Assembly: GCA_018646985.1 (NCBI GenBank)
Contig: JABGTR010000004.1
Span: forward strand, 2,946-66,945
Length of the DNA stretch: 64,000 bases
Direction: 5' to 3'
Source of the DNA: Minisyncoccota bacterium
GTDB taxonomy: Bacteria; Patescibacteriota; Microgenomatia; UBA1400; PJMF01
The notes beneath the pieces were generated by a model. The model had not been told where the DNA came from. It did not search any database and saw only the letters and a program-made list of their open reading frames with translations. Numbering within the stretch: position 1 is the stretch's first letter; every line of letters starts with the position of its first letter. This document shows positions 59,825 to 64,000 of the stretch, piece by piece. A program made the translations under genes and the position numbers.

Positions 59825-60944
59825 TGTTTTTCTCCTTTTTGCTAAAAACATAAGCCGCTATTATTGTAGCTAATGGTGCAGCTAAAACTAGTCCAATACT
59901 ACCCACCAACATCCTTACAATTTCTTCAGCAATTAACTCAAACTCTAAAATATCTAGAAAAGTCTTTTGACTATCGAAAAAAAGCAATAACATCGGTAGA
60001 GACGAACCAGAATAAACTAGTACTAAGGTATTAACCATTGAAGAAATATGATCTTGTCCCACTTTCATTCCGTCTTTAAATAAATCCCAGAAGCCTATCT
60101 CAGGCTTTGCCTTTTTAAGCTGCTTCACTACAGATGACTGTCCAACAGTCACGTCATCTAGAATCCCCAAAGTTCCAATAATAATACCGGCTAAAAGTAA
60201 TCCTCTGATATCGATTGAGCCTTGTCTTTCTACCTGTAGAAATCCTGCTTCTTCAGAAGCAAAGCCAGTTAAATGAGTAGCATCTGCAAAATGTACAGCT
60301 AATAAACCAGTAATAATTAGACCAATGAAGGTCGCTACTACTCCAATATGAGTTTTTTTATTAAACCCATGAGAGATATAAAAAGTAGTGGGAATAATGA
60401 TTGTTGAACCTAGAATAGCTGCTAAGACTGGATTAAATCCTTGAATAATTAAAGGAATAATAAGTTTAAAAATAACTAAAAATGAAGTTATTAAACCCAG
60501 CAAAGATAAAGCTCCCCAAATCCCACCCACCAACAATACAACTACTATAAACAATAATCCTAATACCAATAAACCATTTCGCTTTACCATTCCATCAAGA
60601 GAATAAGTTATTTCTCCATCTATATTTTGCTGTGTAGCAATTTTAACCCTATCTCCCAGCTGATACAGTTGATACTTAGCACCTACTACTCCTAAACCTG
60701 CGGCTAAGTTTTCTACTTCGACCAGCTCATCCCGATTCTCTCCTCTAGTAATCTTGATCTCCAGCTCTTGAAACTCAACTAACTCATCTAAGAAACTTTT
60801 TTTACCGCTGTCTATAATTTTGGTAACTACACCTTCACTAGCTTTAAAACCAACCTCCTGAGCAGATGCGCCTTGAGAAAAACTTGCAAAAAAAACTATG
60901 AAAATTATTAAAGGTAAAAAAACACGAACCATGAATTGCTGCAT
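59817..60944 (-). CDS. YibE/F family membrane protein
   Basis: LAGIIIGTLGILDDVTVGQ, VGQDHISSMVNTLVLVYSGSSLP, EEIVRMLVGSIGL. Confidence 0.92.
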   Translation of the reverse strand: MQQFMVRVFLPLIIFIVFFASFSQGASAQEVGFKASEGVVTKIIDSGKKSFLDELVEFQELEIKITRGENRDELVEVENLAAGLGVVGAKYQLYQLGDRVKIATQQNIDGEITYSLDGMVKRNGLLVLGLLFIVVVLLVGGIWGALSLLGLITSFLVIFKLIIPLIIQGFNPVLAAILGSTIIIPTTFYISHGFNKKTHIGVVATFIGLIITGLLAVHFADATHLTGFASEEAGFLQVERQGSIDIRGLLLAGIIIGTLGILDDVTVGQSSVVKQLKKAKPEIGFWDLFKDGMKVGQDHISSMVNTLVLVYSGSSLPMLLLFFDSQKTFLDILEFELIAEEIVRMLVGSIGLVLAAPLATIIAAYVFSKKEKNND

Positions 60945-61012
60945 ACTACATAATTATACGATTATTTTTTCAGATAAAAAGAGAAAAATAGCCAGATTTA
61001 GAATCCTATAAC

Positions 61013-61041
61013 TTGCATATATAATGACAGTGTGCTACAAT
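61013..61041 (+). promoter_or_regulatory. sigma70-type promoter for the helicase
   Basis: TTGCAT-N17-TACAAT with TG extension. Confidence 0.65.
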
Positions 61042-61174
61042 CAAATTTGTTAAAATAAAAATACCCAATGGGTTTAAGCTCGCATCTAGATTTTTGAATC
61101 TTCGTTTTTTTCAATTTTCCTTTTTTTTGCTTCTTGTCTTTTGCCTTTCGTATTTATAAAGAAAGAAGTATTAT

Positions 61175-62377
61175 ATGTATCGTTCAAGACGATCTTTTTC
61201 TAATTCTAGAAGTAACCAACGTGGCGGTAATAACCGTCGCTCTGGCAGATTTTCTGGAGGCAGAGGCAGAATGGGCTCATTTGATCCCTCAATGCTAATC
61301 AGAAAAGCTGTTCAAAATCCAGCTCCACAACCCACTTATGTGGTGGAAAATAAGTTTGTAGATTTCGCCATTAGCGATCAACTCAAACACAATATTGTAG
61401 CCAGAGGCTATGACACCCCCACCCCAATCCAAGATCAAATCATCCCCTATATTTTAGAGGGCCGAGATGTGGTTGGATTAGCTAATACTGGCACTGGTAA
61501 GACAGCTGCCTTTTTAATTCCTTTGCTAGACAACATCTATCAACGAAAATCTGAAAAAGTATTAATCATGGCCCCAACTAGAGAGTTGGCTGTTCAAATT
61601 GAATCAGAAGTAAAATTATTTGCCAGAAGCTTAAGAATAAATTCTAGCCTTTGTATTGGCGGCGCCTCAATCAATCGTCAGATCGATGCATTGCGCAGAA
61701 ATCCTCAATTTGTTATTGGAACCCCAGGTAGACTAATTGATCTTGAAAAACGCAGGTTTTTAAATTTCAATGATTTCTCAACTATTGTCTTAGACGAAGT
61801 TGACCAAATGTTTGACATGGGTTTCATTAACGACATGAAATATGTGATCGCCAACCTACCACAAGACAGACATTCTCTCTTCTTCTCTGCTACTTTGCCC
61901 AGCAAACTAGACAGCGTTGTTGGTAGCTTTCTAAAAGATCCAGTTATGGTTCAAGTAGAAACTCAAAAAGCTTCTACCAATGTCGATCAAGATGTAATCA
62001 AAGTTAATGGGCAGTCGAAAACTAGCCTACTTCAAGATTTACTTAACCAAGAAGGCTTTGATAAAGTCCTCGTCTTTGGTAGAACTAAGCGTGGCTTAGA
62101 TAAACTCGATCGAACCCTATACCAAAAAGGCTTCAGAGTAGCTGCTATTCATGGTAATAAATCTCAAGGTCAACGCCAACGAGCTCTTAAAGAGTTTAAA
62201 AGAAACAATATTCAAGTGCTATTAGCTACTGACATTGCTTCTAGAGGCCTAGATATTGATGATGTAACTCATGTTATCAACTTCGATCTTCCTCAAACTA
62301 AAGAAGACTACATTCATCGTATCGGCAGAACTGGCCGTGCTAATAAAACTGGCATAGCTCTTAGTTTTGTTGATTAA
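61175..62377 (+). CDS. DEAD-box family RNA helicase (DEVD variant)
   Basis: PTPIQ, ANTGTGKT, PTRELA, DEVD, SAT, HRIGRTGR; R/G-rich N-terminus. Confidence 0.96.
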   Translation: MYRSRRSFSNSRSNQRGGNNRRSGRFSGGRGRMGSFDPSMLIRKAVQNPAPQPTYVVENKFVDFAISDQLKHNIVARGYDTPTPIQDQIIPYILEGRDVVGLANTGTGKTAAFLIPLLDNIYQRKSEKVLIMAPTRELAVQIESEVKLFARSLRINSSLCIGGASINRQIDALRRNPQFVIGTPGRLIDLEKRRFLNFNDFSTIVLDEVDQMFDMGFINDMKYVIANLPQDRHSLFFSATLPSKLDSVVGSFLKDPVMVQVETQKASTNVDQDVIKVNGQSKTSLLQDLLNQEGFDKVLVFGRTKRGLDKLDRTLYQKGFRVAAIHGNKSQGQRQRALKEFKRNNIQVLLATDIASRGLDIDDVTHVINFDLPQTKEDYIHRIGRTGRANKTGIALSFVD

Positions 62378-62380
62378 AAG

Positions 62381-63736
62381 CTATAGCTTTAATTGCCAAA
62401 AGAAGTTTTTAAGCCAATTAGTAACTAATTCGTTTTTAACATCATTGTTACTGGCTAGGTTATTTTTTTCTTGATTATCTTGGCTTAAGTCATATAACTC
62501 ATTTTTTTGCTCGACTAAGTCACTAATCATTTTAAAATTATCTTTATTGATGCCACCTCTTAAAGAGCTCAGATATCTATAATCAGAATGGAATAAAACC
62601 TCTTCCTGAGATTCATCTCCCAAAAAAGTAGGTTTAAAAGAAACTCCATCTAAAGCAGCGTTAGAGTTTTGAGTTATACCCACTAAATCCAAAACTGTTG
62701 GCAATAGATCAACTGCTGAAGTCCTACTCTCAACTTTAATAGATTTAGTCTGCTCTGGCAAATGAATGAGTAGGGGGGTTTTTACAACTTCTTGATAAAG
62801 AGTCAAGCCATGATCAATCCCATTATGGTCAAAGAGTTCTTCTCCATGATCTGAAGTGAGAATAACAAGAGTAGGATTATCAAAACCTAGCTGCGAATAA
62901 TAATCCTCCAAGAAGAATCCTATTTTTTTATCCATTGCCAAGACTTTGTCATCATAACGATCTATTAAAAACTGTTTATCATCATCAGTTAAAAATAGTT
63001 GTTTCTTAATCTGGTATTGATCTCTCATTTCGACATGCTCCTCTACTGAACCCTGAAGATCACCTTTATATGATTTGGAGAAATATGGTTCCAAATCATC
63101 ATTATTTGCCACTTGCCCATGAACGTCATAACCATGCAAAAATAAAAAATGTCGATTGTCTTCATCGGCAGATATATTTTTCAACCAATCCATAGCTAGT
63201 GGAATTGTTGACTCAAAGCTATCGAAGTCACCCTCATCCGAGTAAGTATCAAAACCTTTATCGAAACCAAAAACTGAAGAAACTCCCGCTCCACCAGTAA
63301 ACCCAGCGGTATGATAACCAGATTCTTTAAAATACTGAGCCAAAGTAATCAAATGAGGGGATGTTTTATCTAAGTTGATGTAAGTATCTGGTGAATTATA
63401 TGAGTACTTATTGGTAACTAAATGATGTTGCGGGTACATCCCAGTAAACATACTCATCATGGCTGGAAGTGTCCAATTGGATGCAGAATAATTATCAAAA
63501 AATACAAATGATCTGCTAGCTAGCTTATCAAGATAAGGTGTTAAAACTCTTGAACTACCATAGGTGGTCAATCGGTCTTGTCTTAGAGTATCAACAACTA
63601 TAAGAATTACATTGCAGTCTTTACAGTCAATTTCTGATAAAGTATTAGTAGGTTTAAGACTATCTCTTAAGAAATAATCAGCTGAAACAATAATGAAAAT
63701 AAAAAATAGAATTAGTAAGGTTAGTTTTTTAATCAT
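62381..63736 (-). CDS. membrane-anchored sulfatase-like / alkaline phosphatase superfamily hydrolase
   Basis: VDTLRQD, WTLPAMMSMFTG, YDVH, TSDHGEE, HG, ELYDL; likely start MIKKL at 63736. Confidence 0.88.
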   Translation of the reverse strand: MIKKLTLLILFFIFIIVSADYFLRDSLKPTNTLSEIDCKDCNVILIVVDTLRQDRLTTYGSSRVLTPYLDKLASRSFVFFDNYSASNWTLPAMMSMFTGMYPQHHLVTNKYSYNSPDTYINLDKTSPHLITLAQYFKESGYHTAGFTGGAGVSSVFGFDKGFDTYSDEGDFDSFESTIPLAMDWLKNISADEDNRHFLFLHGYDVHGQVANNDDLEPYFSKSYKGDLQGSVEEHVEMRDQYQIKKQLFLTDDDKQFLIDRYDDKVLAMDKKIGFFLEDYYSQLGFDNPTLVILTSDHGEELFDHNGIDHGLTLYQEVVKTPLLIHLPEQTKSIKVESRTSAVDLLPTVLDLVGITQNSNAALDGVSFKPTFLGDESQEEVLFHSDYRYLSSLRGGINKDNFKMISDLVEQKNELYDLSQDNQEKNNLASNNDVKNELVTNWLKNFFWQLKL

Positions 63737-64000
63737 AATTAGCTTGATCTCTTTCCTATTGATTCTATTGTTTTTTACTAAAAAAAGAAAATGCAATAAT
63801 CTAGACTGCATTTCTTTTCCTCTACAAGATACCTATGGACTAGAAGAAGTTTATCAAAACAAAGATACTACTTATTTAGCTAAGTATGCAAACAACGACT
63901 CTATTTTAAGAGTTGAAATCATTGGTCAAAAAAAAGAAGATTCTCAGCAACTTATCAGAGGTAGGATCGCTCGAATTAAAAATCAATATGAAGAGAATAT
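63693..64000 (+). CDS. membrane-anchored hypothetical protein, partial (not in ORF track)
   Basis: Open frame to the window edge: MKIKNRISKVSFLIIISLISFLLILLFFTKKRKCNNLDCISFPLQ... Confidence 0.65.
   Translation, partial: MKIKNRISKVSFLIIISLISFLLILLFFTKKRKCNNLDCISFPLQDTYGLEEVYQNKDTTYLAKYANNDSILRVEIIGQKKEDSQQLIRGRIARIKNQYEEN

Noticed and set aside
60944-60960. Third BlaI operator at the yibE/F promoter
   Set aside because: Only a GTAGTA half-site. A similar lone half-site occurs upstream of adk, so it is likely chance.
1-64000. CRISPR array, tRNA/rRNA, IS element, integrase or prophage
   Set aside because: No spaced direct repeats, cloverleafs or mobility genes seen by eye. Intergenic gaps are short and the baseplate-like gene has no phage neighbours.
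1-64000. Stop-codon recoding (code 25)
   Set aside because: Genes are intact under code 11 and TGA ends several at the expected place, for example mltG and secY.

Overview
AT-rich bacterial chromosome segment using genetic code 11. It looks like Patescibacteria/CPR, probably Microgenomates: rpmD is absent, AlaRS is short, RNA polymerase motifs are divergent, and CPR-type sortase, LCP and GT-C genes are present. The lineage is inferred, not searched. 1-25 kb (minus strand) holds rpoBC and the str, S10, spc and alpha ribosomal clusters. 25-33 kb is an alaS-ruvX-mltG cluster interrupted by a membrane protein (FtsA/PilM-like N-terminus plus phage baseplate J-like domain) and a sortase. 33-64 kb is mixed housekeeping and accessory genes. 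No tRNA, rRNA, CRISPR array, integrase or transposase was seen. Main signals: (1) at least 16 genes have a -10 box 6-9 nt before the start codon, suggesting widespread leaderless mRNA; (2) a compact SAM-I riboswitch whose aptamer contains the metK ribosome-binding site; (3) a Cys-rich BlaI-family repressor with no nearby sensor, and two ACTAC-N5-GTAGT operators over its own and the dsbA-ccdA promoters; (4) the baseplate J-like envelope protein coupled to a sortase; (5) an RNA polymerase with a rewritten rifampicin pocket, altered trigger loop and acidic repeat tail; (6) a divergent YidC-like protein; (7) a DUF5320/DUF134 pair behind a perfect 16-bp palindrome.
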